Source of the DNA: Methanocaldococcus sp. 16A
GTDB taxonomy: Archaea > AGJL01 > Methanococci > Methanococcales > Methanocaldococcaceae
Reading direction: 5' to 3' (one strand)
Length of the DNA: 64,000 nt
Assembly: GCA_049860595.1 (NCBI GenBank)
Contig: CP187551.1
Made by a program: the position numbers and the translations under genes. Below the pieces are notes generated by a model. It was not told the origin of the DNA, made no database searches, and worked only from the letters and a program-made list of their open reading frames with translations. This document shows positions 42,376 through 53,673 of this stretch, in pieces (the stretch's first letter is position 1; every line of letters starts with the position of its first letter).

Positions 42376-42394
42376 ACTCATCACCTTTTTTGAT

Positions 42395-42492
42395 AATAAA
42401 CCTTTTGCAGTTTATAATATTAAAATATGATATTTATAATGATTTTAGCACCATTATTCCTTTAAAAATTATTACTTGCGAAAGTCCTATTA
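42395..42492. mobile_element. Degenerate TAGGACTTT-family element
   Basis: Right end TGCGAAAGTCCTA; decayed left end CCTTTTGCAGTTTATA; interior aligns with 10541-10619. Confidence 0.6.
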
Positions 42493-42495
42493 AAA

Positions 42496-43575
42496 TTACT
42501 CTAAAATTTTATATAAAGTAGTTCTCTCCTTGGGAATTAACCCAACCCTTATAATCATATCTTTAATTTCTTCAACGCTCATATAAACTCCATGCTCAGC
42601 TCCAGCACTTCTTGATATATTTTCCTCTATTAAAGTTCCTCCAACATCATTAGCTCCACATCTTAAAGCAACTTGAACCATCTTTTTTCCCAATTTAACC
42701 CATGATGCTTGGATGTTTTTTATTAATCCTTTAAATATTATCCTACTTATTGCATATACTTTTAAATCTTCAATCCCAGTAGCTCCTGCTCTTGCTTTTC
42801 CTTCTTTATATATTGGAGCAAATTTATGCATAAAAGAGAGAGGAACAAATTCAGTAAAGCCATTAGTTTTTTCTTGAATCTCTTTAATTATAAAAAGATG
42901 ATTAACTATATGTCTATACTCTTCAATATGTCCATACATAATAGTAGCTGTTGTAGGAATTCCTAATTTATGAGCTTCTTTAATTATATAAATCCACTCT
43001 TTAGTTTTTATTTTATTTGGGCAAAGTTCAGCTCTTATTTCATCATCTAAAATCTCTGCCGCAGTTCCTGGCATAGAGTTGAGACCATTTTCTTTTAATA
43101 TTTTTAATGCTTCTTTAATATCTAATCCAGCATTTTCAGCTCCAAAATAAACTTCCATTGGAGAAAATGCGTGTATGTGTATGTCACCATAAGGTTTTGT
43201 AGCTTCATGAACAGCTTTTAAAATCTCTGCTTGATAATATGTATCTATCTTAGGATGCAATCCTCCCTGAATACATACTTCAGTACAACCAAATTTTTTT
43301 GCCTCTACCGCTCTTTTAGCAATTTCATCAATATCTAAAAAATACGCATGTTTGTCATTTTCATTAGCCCTGAAAGCACAAAATTTGCAGTTTCCAATAC
43401 AAATGTTTGTGAAGTTTATATTTCTATTTACCACATAGGTAACTACATCTCCAACTTCTTCTCTTCTCAGAGAATCTGCAAATTTAAACAGCTCAAATAT
43501 ATTTTCATTATCTTCAAACAACTCTAAAGCTTCTTTTTTTGAGATTTCTTTTTCTTTAAATTTTTCAAAATCCAT
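42496..43575 (-). CDS. cofH: FO synthase subunit 2 (radical SAM)
   Basis: NRNINFTNICIGNCKFCAF, QGGLHP, HAFSP.E, MPGTAAEIL, GANDVGGTL.EENI. Confidence 0.93.
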   Translation of the reverse strand: MDFEKFKEKEISKKEALELFEDNENIFELFKFADSLRREEVGDVVTYVVNRNINFTNICIGNCKFCAFRANENDKHAYFLDIDEIAKRAVEAKKFGCTEVCIQGGLHPKIDTYYQAEILKAVHEATKPYGDIHIHAFSPMEVYFGAENAGLDIKEALKILKENGLNSMPGTAAEILDDEIRAELCPNKIKTKEWIYIIKEAHKLGIPTTATIMYGHIEEYRHIVNHLFIIKEIQEKTNGFTEFVPLSFMHKFAPIYKEGKARAGATGIEDLKVYAISRIIFKGLIKNIQASWVKLGKKMVQVALRCGANDVGGTLIEENISRSAGAEHGVYMSVEEIKDMIIRVGLIPKERTTLYKILE

Positions 43576-43620
43576 AGTTTCACACTTAAATATTTTTAAT
43601 AATATAAATTAAATTATTTC

Positions 43621-44013
43621 TTATTTTTCATTTTCATTGGAATAATATTCTTCAGTTATTTTTAATTCTCCATTCTCTATTTTGTAATGGAAGCAGGAAT
43701 AATAACCCTCATGGCATGCTACTCCTTTCTGTTCAACGATAAATAATAAAGCATCTCCATCACAATCTCTATAAAATCTCTTTAATTTTTGGACATTTCC
43801 ACTCTCTTCTCCTTTTTTCCATAATTTTTTCCTACTTGTTGAATAGTAGTGCATATAACCTGTTTTTAATGTTTCTTTTAATGCCTCTTCATTCATAAAT
43901 GCAGTCATTAATACATTTTTGTTTTCATCACAGGTTATTGCTAATATTAATTTTTCTCCCTCTATATTTCTAAATTTTAAATTTAATTTTTTAATTATTT
44001 CTTCCACATCCAT
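43621..44013 (-). CDS. hisI: Phosphoribosyl-AMP cyclohydrolase
   Basis: [27 protein letters not shown]. Confidence 0.96.
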   Translation of the reverse strand: MDVEEIIKKLNLKFRNIEGEKLILAITCDENKNVLMTAFMNEEALKETLKTGYMHYYSTSRKKLWKKGEESGNVQKLKRFYRDCDGDALLFIVEQKGVACHEGYYSCFHYKIENGELKITEEYYSNENEK

Positions 44014-44018
44014 AAAAA

Positions 44019-45521
44019 TCACCAGTCATCTAAACCCAACCATTCTCCAACTATATTTATATCTTTTCCACCATATATTCCATCAAATTTATCAATTTTA
44101 ACTATTGATGGAAGAGATATTGCAGCTCCAACAATAATCGCTTCCCCAATACCTAAAGAAGCTAAGTCTTTCACTAAGTCTTCTCCCAATTCTTCTGAAG
44201 CTCTCTGAATATATTTTTGGTCTTCGGGTTCAACTATCTTTAAGATTATTTTAGTGTTTGTTTGAGATAAGACGTCAGGATGTAGTTGCTTAGGTCTTTG
44301 AGATACTAATCCCAAACCAATTCCAAATTTTCTACCCTCTCTTGCTATTTTTCCTAACCATAAACTTGCTGAGGTTTGTTCATTTATTGGGATGAATATG
44401 TGGGCTTCTTCAACTATAAGTAATAGTGGTTTTATAACAATTTTATAGTGCTCTTCAATAGTTTTTAAATTAGATAAAGCTATTGTTTTTATTCTTTCAT
44501 TTGGACAATTGACATCTTTTAATGATTTTAAATATAATACTCTTTTTGATAGAATGTGTTTTGCTATAAAGCTTACAAGTGTTATCATCTGATGAACCTC
44601 TAATCCGCTCAAATTAACAACATTTATTTTTCCAATTTCAAATTCTTCAATCATATCTTTGTCTCCAATATACAAAGCAAAATCTATCATAAATTTTCCA
44701 ATAATATCATATAAAGAAATAATAGTAATAAAATCTTTTTCTCCAGCTTTTCTTCTGTCATATTTTCTTTTTAGAGGGTTGTAGTATTTAATTTCCCATC
44801 CAACTTCTGCTGATTTACTCCATTCGTACAACAAATTTTCTAATTTTTCAATAAACTCCATTCCCCTAATATTTGGGAAGTCTTTTTTTATTGTGTAATA
44901 TGCATATTCAAGATAAACTCTTTTATCAAAATCATCTTTTTTTAAACCAATTAAATCAGAAAGTTCTTCTGGTGATAATATTGAAGGATTTATTATAGGA
45001 TGGATTACTTTAACCTTTCCTTCTAAATCTTCATGATACAAAGTAGAATATTCACCATGAGGATCTAAAATAATCAAACTAGCGTTCTTTTTTCCTAATT
45101 CTTTACATAATATAGCAACAGTGTTTGATTTACCTCCCCCAGTAATAGATAAAACAGCAAAATGTCTTGAAATAAGTTTATTTGTGTCTAAATAAACTCT
45201 AACATTTTCCCTTGTTAATAAATGTCCAATATTTAATCCATTTTTAGCATAGAAAATATTATTTAAAATTAGGTCATCACAAAATTTAACTTCTCCATTG
45301 GGTTTAATTGGACTTCTATTTACAGATATTTTATTGTTATTTAAAACGCCTATAACTTTTGCTTCACAAATAAACTTATCATTTTCAGCAACAACATTTT
45401 TTACAATTGCCAAGACTTCCTCATCATCAGTATTTTTTGCAATAACATACTCCCCAAACTTTACTTTCTCTAAAGATTCAAAGGTAAAATTTGAAATTGT
45501 TGTTTTTCCAATTACTTTCAT
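44019..45521 (-). CDS. HerA/FtsK-superfamily ATPase with N-terminal HAS-like barrel
   Basis: [38 protein letters not shown]. Confidence 0.9.
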   Translation of the reverse strand: MKVIGKTTISNFTFESLEKVKFGEYVIAKNTDDEEVLAIVKNVVAENDKFICEAKVIGVLNNNKISVNRSPIKPNGEVKFCDDLILNNIFYAKNGLNIGHLLTRENVRVYLDTNKLISRHFAVLSITGGGKSNTVAILCKELGKKNASLIILDPHGEYSTLYHEDLEGKVKVIHPIINPSILSPEELSDLIGLKKDDFDKRVYLEYAYYTIKKDFPNIRGMEFIEKLENLLYEWSKSAEVGWEIKYYNPLKRKYDRRKAGEKDFITIISLYDIIGKFMIDFALYIGDKDMIEEFEIGKINVVNLSGLEVHQMITLVSFIAKHILSKRVLYLKSLKDVNCPNERIKTIALSNLKTIEEHYKIVIKPLLLIVEEAHIFIPINEQTSASLWLGKIAREGRKFGIGLGLVSQRPKQLHPDVLSQTNTKIILKIVEPEDQKYIQRASEELGEDLVKDLASLGIGEAIIVGAAISLPSIVKIDKFDGIYGGKDINIVGEWLGLDDW

Positions 45522-45663
45522 AGGTATCTCCTTATAATTATAATAGAATAAATTTAGGTTATAAATTATACATACCTAACTGTCTAAATGAAGAAATAAT
45601 ATTTATTATTGAATTACTTGAGCCCCTGGCTTTAAAATTTCCTTGACACATATTAAAGTGTAT

Positions 45664-47382
45664 TTAGATAGTTAATGTTCCAAGTTCTCTTTTATATATT
45701 TCTATAATTTCCTCGCTTGGTTTATAATTGTTTGGGGATTCACAATACTTGTACATTTCAATAGGTAGCTTTTCTTTCAATTCTTTAATAAGTTTAAGAA
45801 TAGCTTTTGATATTTCTTCATCTTCAATTTCTGTAATTATCTCTGACGTTTCAAGGTATGAAATATATATAAATGCTCCAATCGGATTTATATTAATATA
45901 TCGGTATAAGGTTGAAAGATGATATTGGATATGGTTTGGTTTATAATACATTACTGGAACATTTAGCAGTGGGGAAGGAATTTCTAAGTTTGTTGGCTCT
46001 CTATTCATTAATTTTTTAGATATTTCCTCTGCATCATTGTTTTGCAGTAACTTTTTTAACTTCATAGCCATTGAAAGAGCGTCATCAAACTTACCTGATT
46101 TTTCATAGAGGACTATTAGAGATTTTAATATATTAATATCATTTGAATCTATCCTTAATGCATTTATAAAGCATTCATGAGCTTCTTTGTAATTTTTTAA
46201 TTTGTAATATATATATCCTTTAATTTTCCACCATTCGCTATTTTCTGGGTCCCTATCTAATAAATTATTTATATATGATAAAATTCCCTCATAATATTTT
46301 GAAATTCCAGTAGTTTCTCCCAATCCAATTAATGAGTATATTGTTAAAACATCTGCATCCCTCTTAGATAAATCACTGGTATATGATTCCAATACCTTAT
46401 CAAAAAAAACTGATGCTTTTTCAAAGTCTTTTCTTTTATAATAAAATATTGCCAAACCAAAATAGGCATAAAGGTTAGGATATAACTCTATAGATTTTTT
46501 ATAACAATCCACAGCCTCTAAATTATCCATTTTGCTTAAAATATCTCCTTTCTTAGCATAATATATACTTTTTTTTAATATAGATATTGTTTCATCTATA
46601 TATTTAAGTGCTTTCTGATAATCTTCAAAAATCTCAGATATTACGCTTTTGTAATAATAAGCAAAATCATTGGTATTATCTGTTGAGATTACTTTATTAA
46701 AATGTTTTAAGGCATTTATATAATCCCCTTTATCTAACATTCTAATTCCAATCTCTATATTTTTATAAATATCAGTGTTTATAATTTCAATAATATTTTC
46801 CATATAATCAACAATTTTCTTACATTTATGATTTGGCTCTTTTTCTAAAATTTCTTTAAATAATTTATAAGATTTATCTATATTTCCCAATAGTAAAGAT
46901 ATTTTTCCAGCCATATACAATGCATCAATATTATTTTCGTTTAATTTATATGCTTTTAAGTAGTAGTTTAATGCATCATCATATTTTTTAAATTTTAATG
47001 AGAGTTCTCCTAGTATTTCATACAAATCACTTTTCTTTATTTTCTTTGATGCTTTAATAAAGCATTTATATGCTTCTTCAAAATTTTTAAGTTTGTAGAG
47101 TATAGAACCCCTCAAATACAAAAATTCCGGATTTTCAGAGGATAGATGTAATGCTCTATCTATTGCTTCAAGGGCCTTTTCATAATCATTTAAATGATAA
47201 TAAGCATAAGAGAGATTAGCCCAATCTATTGCCCTCATATTATTTCTTTTTAAAGCTTTCAGATAACATTCTACAGCTTTTTCATAATTTTCTTCATCTA
47301 AATATTTTTCTGCATCTGTAATCCAATTATACGAATTTCCATTAGATATTAATATATTCAAAAATTTTTTAAGTGGTCCCAT
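45664..47382 (-). CDS. TPR-repeat protein
   Basis: Many 34-aa repeats such as YEKALEAIDRALHLSSEN and WWKIKGYIYYKLKNYKEAHECFINALRID. Confidence 0.9.
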   Translation of the reverse strand: MGPLKKFLNILISNGNSYNWITDAEKYLDEENYEKAVECYLKALKRNNMRAIDWANLSYAYYHLNDYEKALEAIDRALHLSSENPEFLYLRGSILYKLKNFEEAYKCFIKASKKIKKSDLYEILGELSLKFKKYDDALNYYLKAYKLNENNIDALYMAGKISLLLGNIDKSYKLFKEILEKEPNHKCKKIVDYMENIIEIINTDIYKNIEIGIRMLDKGDYINALKHFNKVISTDNTNDFAYYYKSVISEIFEDYQKALKYIDETISILKKSIYYAKKGDILSKMDNLEAVDCYKKSIELYPNLYAYFGLAIFYYKRKDFEKASVFFDKVLESYTSDLSKRDADVLTIYSLIGLGETTGISKYYEGILSYINNLLDRDPENSEWWKIKGYIYYKLKNYKEAHECFINALRIDSNDINILKSLIVLYEKSGKFDDALSMAMKLKKLLQNNDAEEISKKLMNREPTNLEIPSPLLNVPVMYYKPNHIQYHLSTLYRYININPIGAFIYISYLETSEIITEIEDEEISKAILKLIKELKEKLPIEMYKYCESPNNYKPSEEIIEIYKRELGTLTI

Positions 47383-47388
47383 AATTCC

Positions 47389-48378
47389 TCACCAAATTTT
47401 ATGCCCAACGTTATTTGCCTTAGTTATAATTATATCCCTATAAATCCCATGTCTATCAAAAACTTCATTAGCTTTTTCAATAATTAATTTTTTATCCCCA
47501 AAGGCATAAATTGTTGGGCCAAAACTTGAAAGTCCTGCATAAACATTTTCATTATGTAATTCCTTAATTAAATCTTTAACAATATCTGACTGTAAATTAA
47601 GTTCAACTTTTTTAAAGCCTAAATATTGAAGTTTATTAACAACTTCTCCAAAATCATCTAAATTTTTTTCAACAATTGCAGGCATCATCTTCATTAAAAC
47701 TAAATGGCAGATTTTTTCAACTTCATTTAAAGGAACTGGACAGTATTTTTTAAATATATCTACCTCCTTTTTTCCGTAGACGTGTTCTCCTTTTGGTATT
47801 ATTAACATAACTTCCCAATCAAAATCATGTCTAAATATTATCGGTGCTGGTTTAACTCCTTTTGAAGCTGAAGAAGGTTTAAATTCTTCTTTATCTTTAC
47901 CTTTACCAAAGCTATGTCCCCCGTCAATTAAAAATCCTCCATATTCAAAAGCTCCTATTCCAATGCCTGACGTTCCTCCCCTCCCAGTAATTTTAGCTAT
48001 CTCATAAGCGTTCATTTCTTTGTTATAGATTTTTGATATCAATTTACCTACAGCTAAAGATAGTTGTGTTCCACTACCTAAACCAGAATGAGCTGGAAAT
48101 AATGATAAGATTTTTAAATCAATCCCTTCCCCATTAACAACTTCTAAAACTTTCGTAGCTGTGTTGTATATCCTATCTTTAATAGATTTTAAATAACTGT
48201 AACCAAACTTTTCAATCAATTTTTTATCAAACTCAATATTTATTTCATCACTTTCTTTTCCCTCAATTTCTATATTTGGCTCTTCTAAAGCTAAACCAAT
48301 ACCTCCATCTACTCTTCCAATTGAACCATTTAAATCTATTAATCCCATGTGAATTCTTGATGGTGTTTGAATTATCAA
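47389..48378 (-). CDS. mptG: Beta-ribofuranosylaminobenzene 5'-phosphate synthase
   Basis: PSRIHMGLIDLNG..GRVDGG, HSGLGSGTQ, RGGTSGIG, DGGH, SSFGPT. Confidence 0.93.
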   Translation of the reverse strand: MIIQTPSRIHMGLIDLNGSIGRVDGGIGLALEEPNIEIEGKESDEINIEFDKKLIEKFGYSYLKSIKDRIYNTATKVLEVVNGEGIDLKILSLFPAHSGLGSGTQLSLAVGKLISKIYNKEMNAYEIAKITGRGGTSGIGIGAFEYGGFLIDGGHSFGKGKDKEEFKPSSASKGVKPAPIIFRHDFDWEVMLIIPKGEHVYGKKEVDIFKKYCPVPLNEVEKICHLVLMKMMPAIVEKNLDDFGEVVNKLQYLGFKKVELNLQSDIVKDLIKELHNENVYAGLSSFGPTIYAFGDKKLIIEKANEVFDRHGIYRDIIITKANNVGHKIW

Positions 48379-48612
48379 AATCTTCACCTTTAAAGATTGT
48401 TATAATTTAATAAAAAACAGAATGAAAATATCTTTATAGACAAATTAATATCTTTTCTAAATCTTAATAATTTTTTCGGTTTTCATTATATTCAATGTTA
48501 TTATTTCAGTCATTAAACTTTAAGAAATAATAAATCACATCATCAACATCTTTAAATAAATGTTTTAGGTATTTAGGTATAGTAGATGTTAGTTTATAAG
48601 ATGTGGGGAAAC

Positions 48613-50352
48613 ATGATAAAAAAGTATATAACTAGAGATAAATTTATTGATGAATTTATAAAATGCTTAGAAAGTGGAAAGGATTTTGAATTGTCTAATG
48701 CAACTGTTGGAGGGGATATCTCTATTAAAGATATTTATGAAAGAATTAAAGATAAGGAACTAAAAGGCTGTAAAATTTATAAAGAAATTGATGAAGGTAT
48801 TGGTACTATAGTAATATCTATTAATATAAATATTTACATAAATAATGTTAAATTTAATGGAAAGTTTGAAGTGCACTATGAAATGTCCGATATTAAGGAC
48901 ATGGGCATGTTAATAAAAGTAATATTTAATAAAGATGTAGAATTTGGAAAATCTATATTTAAAGGAAAAGCAAATTTTGTGGGAGGTGAATTTAAAGGAA
49001 AAGTAGATTTTATAGATACTATATTTGAAGGAGAAGCATATTTTAAGGATAATAAATTTAAAAGAGGAGCCTATTTTTTGGATGCTAAATTTAAAGGAGG
49101 AGCATGTTTTAGAAAAACCATATTTGAAGGAGAAGTAATGTTTTTAAAAGCTATATTTAAAGAAACAGCAGATTTTGAGGATGCTATATTTAATAAAGAT
49201 GTAGAATTCAAAAATTCTATATTTGAAGGAGTAGCAAATTTTAGGAATGGTAAATTTGAAAGAGAAGTTTATTTTAAGGAAACTAAATTTTATGGAGAAG
49301 TAATGTTTTTGAAGGCTAAATTTAAAAAAGAAGCATATTTTGAGGAGGCTATATTCAAAAATGCAAAATTTATCAAAACTACATTTGAAAAAGATGCCAA
49401 TTTTAAAAATACAAAAAATTTAAAATTATTATTTGGTGAATCAACTTTTAATGGCATTGCAGATTTTAGAGATATTTATTTTGGCTTGTTATCTTTTGTA
49501 GATTGTACTTTTGAGAATTTAGCGTTATTTAGAAAAGGTAAAATTAAATTTAAAAAATCTAAGAAATTTGAAATTAGTTTAAAAAAACCAGATATACATT
49601 GGATACATACAATAGTCAATGTAATTAATAATACAATTAAAGATAAATGCTTAGCAATCTTTCTTAATGTCCAATTTTTAAATAAACATTCAAAAATAGA
49701 GAACTTTCCATTATCAAAAACTTCATTTTTAAAAACTGATGTTAGAGATGTAATGTTATTATGTGAAATAAAAAAAGAGAAGATTTTAAGTCATAAACTT
49801 TTTAAAAATGGCGAAAATAATAAAGGAATATACAAAGAAGCATATACAATCCTCAAAAATCACTTAAATTATAACTCTATCCTTGCAGAATATAGGAATT
49901 TAAGAATATCCATTGAAAACAACAGAACTTATGAGGAAGCATCTGATTTATATAAAATGGAAATGGAATTAAAAAAAGAATATTCAAAATGGTATGAAAA
50001 ATTTGCTATTATATTATATGGACTAATATCCGACTACGGAGAGTCAATACATAAACCAATATTTGGGATATTCTTTTTAATATTCGCAACACCATTTGTT
50101 TTAACACTTGTTTATTATTTGGATTTGAATTCTTTTATAAATAATCAAATTTCAAATATAATTCCAGAATTTTTATTGCCATACATACCGATATATATAG
50201 AACACCTAAAATCAGTATTAGGAGCTAAATTTTATAGAGGAAACAGTAAATCTTTATTAGAAGTAATAATATATTGCCTATATAGTGTTTTTTTAATGAT
50301 TGTAATGGGTAATCTCTATATAGCCCTTAGAAGAAGATTAAGTAGAAAATAA
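48613..50352 (+). CDS. Pentapeptide-like (11-aa) repeat protein with C-terminal membrane domain
   Basis: About 15 xFxxxxxFxxx repeats, then LYGLISDYGES and TM helices. Confidence 0.85.
   Translation: MIKKYITRDKFIDEFIKCLESGKDFELSNATVGGDISIKDIYERIKDKELKGCKIYKEIDEGIGTIVISININIYINNVKFNGKFEVHYEMSDIKDMGMLIKVIFNKDVEFGKSIFKGKANFVGGEFKGKVDFIDTIFEGEAYFKDNKFKRGAYFLDAKFKGGACFRKTIFEGEVMFLKAIFKETADFEDAIFNKDVEFKNSIFEGVANFRNGKFEREVYFKETKFYGEVMFLKAKFKKEAYFEEAIFKNAKFIKTTFEKDANFKNTKNLKLLFGESTFNGIADFRDIYFGLLSFVDCTFENLALFRKGKIKFKKSKKFEISLKKPDIHWIHTIVNVINNTIKDKCLAIFLNVQFLNKHSKIENFPLSKTSFLKTDVRDVMLLCEIKKEKILSHKLFKNGENNKGIYKEAYTILKNHLNYNSILAEYRNLRISIENNRTYEEASDLYKMEMELKKEYSKWYEKFAIILYGLISDYGESIHKPIFGIFFLIFATPFVLTLVYYLDLNSFINNQISNIIPEFLLPYIPIYIEHLKSVLGAKFYRGNSKSLLEVIIYCLYSVFLMIVMGNLYIALRRRLSRK
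48922..49413 (+). repeat. Degenerate 33-bp coding tandem repeat
   Basis: Recurring ATATTT/AAATTT-NAAGGA units; ATATTTAATAAAGATGTAGAATT and GGAGAAGTAATGTTTTT each occur twice. Confidence 0.8.
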
Positions 50353-50356
50353 AAAA

Positions 50357-50821
50357 TTAAATTAACGCCTCTATTAAATCTCCTCTTGTAATTATTCCAA
50401 CTAAATTACCTTCATCATCTACAACAGGCAATCTTTTAATGTTATTTTCAACCATTAATTTTGCTGCGTCATTAATTGTCATGTCTGGCTTAGCAACAAT
50501 AACTTTTCTTGTCATTACATCTCTAACCTTTGTTTTTAGTGCATTTTCTAAATCTTCCTTAAACTCCTCAATCTTCAATGCAGTTTTTAAAGGCAACTCT
50601 ATTAAATCCAATGGTGAAGGTAAAATAAGGTTTAAATCCTCATTATGTGTAACAATGGTTTTCACTATATCACTTTCAGATATTATTCCAACTAACTCTC
50701 CATTTTTATTTAATACAGGAGCTCCACTTATCTTATTTTCTCTAAATAATTTTATTACATCGATTAAATCATCATCTTCATAAACTACAATGGGTTTTTT
50801 CATAATATCTTTTATTAACAT
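50357..50821 (-). CDS. CBS-domain protein
   Basis: Paired CBS motifs ISGAPVL..LVGIISESD and IKRLPVV..LVGIITRGD. Confidence 0.92.
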   Translation of the reverse strand: MLIKDIMKKPIVVYEDDDLIDVIKLFRENKISGAPVLNKNGELVGIISESDIVKTIVTHNEDLNLILPSPLDLIELPLKTALKIEEFKEDLENALKTKVRDVMTRKVIVAKPDMTINDAAKLMVENNIKRLPVVDDEGNLVGIITRGDLIEALI

Positions 50822-50838
50822 TAATTTCACCATATATT

Positions 50839-51873
50839 TTATTCCACATAATCTTCAATATTTAATTCCAACTCATCACAAATATCTTTTAGTTGATTGT
50901 ATAAATTTTCATCAATCTCAAATCCATTCTTTCTTTTCATTTTATTTCTCTCTTCTATTTCCCCAGGAATTAAAATTTCAAATCCTTCTGCAGGTTCTGA
51001 TGTCTTAATCTCTTCTAATAACTCATCAACTTTCTTCTTAAACTCTTCCTTTCCCATAAAAAATTCTGGATTTATAGCTATAAATAAATCTCCTTTAGTG
51101 CATCTTTCTTTTGGATTTGCTGTCCCTCTAACTTTAGTTCCAACCTCAGCCCCACCAATAGCTGATAACATTTCAATAGCTAATGCTAAACCATATCCTT
51201 TAGGCCCCCCAAATGGTAATATACATCCCTCCAATGCTTTAGCAGGATCTGTCGTTGGCTTTCCATCTTTATCTACTGCACAACCTTCTGGAATTTTTAT
51301 CTTTTTCCTTAAAGCTTCTAAAATTTTTCCTCTTGCTATTGATGCAGTAGCCATATCCAATGAAAATTTATATTTATTCCCTTTAAATGCTATAGCAATT
51401 GGATTAGTTCCTAAAATTTTCTCTTTTCCACCAAATGGTGCCATAGCTGGCTCTGTATTTGTTATTGTTATTCCAATCATATCTTGATTCATAGCCAACT
51501 CTGAATAATAGCCTGCAATACCAAAATGATTAGCATTTCTTGTAGCAACAACTCCTACTCCAACATTTTTTGCTTTTTCTATAGCCAATTCCATAGCTTT
51601 TTTTCCAACCACCTGCCCTAATCCAAAGTCACCATCTACAACTGCCGTAGCAGGGCTTTCTTTAACTATCTTTATATCCGGCTTTGGATTTATATTACCT
51701 AATTTTAGAGCAGTTATATATTGTGGAAACCTTCCAATTCCATGGGATGTGAAGCCTTTCAAATCTGCATCAACAAAAACTTCAGCGGTTATTTTAGCAT
51801 CTTCTTCTGGAACATCAAATTTCTTTAAAACATCAATTATTAGCTTTCTTTCATTTTCTGGCTTTAAAATCAT
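50839..51873 (-). CDS. comC: L-sulfolactate dehydrogenase (coenzyme M biosynthesis)
   Basis: Ldh2 family: SHG, NHFG, GTNPIA, DMAT, KGYGL, PGE. Confidence 0.9.
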   Translation of the reverse strand: MILKPENERKLIIDVLKKFDVPEEDAKITAEVFVDADLKGFTSHGIGRFPQYITALKLGNINPKPDIKIVKESPATAVVDGDFGLGQVVGKKAMELAIEKAKNVGVGVVATRNANHFGIAGYYSELAMNQDMIGITITNTEPAMAPFGGKEKILGTNPIAIAFKGNKYKFSLDMATASIARGKILEALRKKIKIPEGCAVDKDGKPTTDPAKALEGCILPFGGPKGYGLALAIEMLSAIGGAEVGTKVRGTANPKERCTKGDLFIAINPEFFMGKEEFKKKVDELLEEIKTSEPAEGFEILIPGEIEERNKMKRKNGFEIDENLYNQLKDICDELELNIEDYVE

Positions 51874-51891
51874 TTTCCCCCTCCAAAATTT

Positions 51892-52431
51892 TTATGGTCT
51901 TACATATTCCATATTGTAATAAACAATGTCCCCATCAGCATCAACTATTGCTATAAGCAGTTTTTTTCTAACTGAGTGGGCTACTCTAACGAATCCTGTT
52001 AGCTCACTTAATTGAATAGAGTTATCTTCAGTAAATACCTTAACCAAATAAACAGAGTGTTCTTTTTCTATATTTGCTCCTCTTTCATAAAGCCTGAAAT
52101 CAGCTCCATATTTTAGGCCGGTTTTTACTATGTAACCTCTTGTTCTTAAATCTTTATAAACCAAATATTTTAAGCAGAGCCTCTCTTCAATATTTTTTGC
52201 ATATTTATATAGCTCTTCAAAGCTCATAATCTTATTATCTTTGTTTTTAACTTCCAACCACCCTAAGTTTATTAAATAGAGAGCTTCAACTAAAGATAAC
52301 GATAAAAAGTTCTCTTCAACGTTCCCATAATGCTTTGCTGATAGCTTAGATATTCCATTTTTGTCAAAAACTATAATCCTATCTCCATCCAATAATCCAA
52401 TGATTTTTTTGCCCATTTTATCTCTCACCAA
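51892..52431 (-). CDS. endA: tRNA-splicing endonuclease (alpha4 type)
   Basis: [42 protein letters not shown]. Confidence 0.96.
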   Translation of the reverse strand: MVRDKMGKKIIGLLDGDRIIVFDKNGISKLSAKHYGNVEENFLSLSLVEALYLINLGWLEVKNKDNKIMSFEELYKYAKNIEERLCLKYLVYKDLRTRGYIVKTGLKYGADFRLYERGANIEKEHSVYLVKVFTEDNSIQLSELTGFVRVAHSVRKKLLIAIVDADGDIVYYNMEYVRP

Positions 52432-52539
52432 ATTTATTTTATAATCCTAATCTTAAAACATATTGTGAGCAATGAAATAAATAACATATGGTTTGAGTTA
52501 TTTAACAAAATTAATAAATTAATTAATTGAGGTGAATCT

Positions 52540-53598
52540 ATGATATTTCATCCAAGACCTTCACCTATTGCTGCTGCTATGTATCAGCTTAGAGATTTGG
52601 GTGTTGATGCCATAATTTTACATGGACCGAGTGGATGTTGCTTTAGAACCGCAAGATTATTAGAATTAGATGGGGTTAGAGTATTTACAAGCAATATAGA
52701 TGAAAATGCAATTGTTTTTGGAGCTTCAGAAAATTTAAGAAAAGCTTTAGATTATGCAATTGAATATTTAAAAAATGTAATAAAAAAAGAAAAGCCAATG
52801 ATTGGCATTGTTGGAACTTGTGCAAGTATGATTATTGGTGAAGATTTGTGGGAATTTGCTAATGATGAGAGAGCTATAATTATTCCAGTTGAAGTGCATA
52901 GTGGTAGTGGAGATAACACAATAGGGGCAATAAAAGCTATGGAATCTGCCTTAAAATTAGGGATAATTGATGAGAAGGAATTTGAGAGGCAGAAATTTTT
53001 GTTAAAAAAAGCTACAGAGATTGAAAAAAAGAGGGGAATGGCAAAGAAAGAGTATATAAAACCAACATATGATGATGACTTAAATGAAGCTATAAAAGTT
53101 TTAAAGGATTTGAAAGAGAAGGATGGAAAAATAGCTTGTGTATTAAATGCTAAGAAAGAAACCGCCTATTTATTTACTCATCCTCTAATTGTTTTAAATA
53201 AATATTTTAATTGTGTAAATATTGCTAACTTGGATGTAAATAAAGGACTTCCAAAAATAAAAAGAGATGCAAAAAATATATCTAATAGATTCAAAGCAGA
53301 TTATATAACTGGAGGTTTGGATGAGTATCCAATAAGTGGAGAAAAAGCTGTTGAAATATTAAAAGATTTGGATGTAGATGCCATTGTTGTTTCTGGAGTT
53401 CCTCACGCTCTGCCAGTTGAAGAGTTAGATAAAGATGTAATAAAGATAGGAATTAGCGATGGTCCAAGGACCTATCATCCAATAAAAGAAATTTATGATT
53501 TTGCAATTGTTGAGTTAGATGCTCATGCAAAGGTTTTAGGGAAAAGAGATATAGTTAAGTCGAGATTTGGTGAGATTTTAGATTACGCATTAGAATAA
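52540..53598 (+). CDS. cfbD: Ni-sirohydrochlorin a,c-diamide reductive cyclase subunit (NifD-like, F430 biosynthesis)
   Basis: HPRPSPI.A..Y.LRDL, HGP.GCCF, GTCASMIIGED. Confidence 0.92.
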   Translation: MIFHPRPSPIAAAMYQLRDLGVDAIILHGPSGCCFRTARLLELDGVRVFTSNIDENAIVFGASENLRKALDYAIEYLKNVIKKEKPMIGIVGTCASMIIGEDLWEFANDERAIIIPVEVHSGSGDNTIGAIKAMESALKLGIIDEKEFERQKFLLKKATEIEKKRGMAKKEYIKPTYDDDLNEAIKVLKDLKEKDGKIACVLNAKKETAYLFTHPLIVLNKYFNCVNIANLDVNKGLPKIKRDAKNISNRFKADYITGGLDEYPISGEKAVEILKDLDVDAIVVSGVPHALPVEELDKDVIKIGISDGPRTYHPIKEIYDFAIVELDAHAKVLGKRDIVKSRFGEILDYALE

Positions 53599-53673
53599 AG
53601 TTTTAAAAACTAAAAACTTCATGAAAATATAACATTAATAAGACATAAACTGTGAGTAATTTGTGGTGAGATA

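Noticed and set aside
48505-48550. Possible C/D box sRNA on the minus strand (TGATGA...CTGA)
   Set aside because: Too short, imperfect C box, no D'/C' boxes and an AT-only guide region
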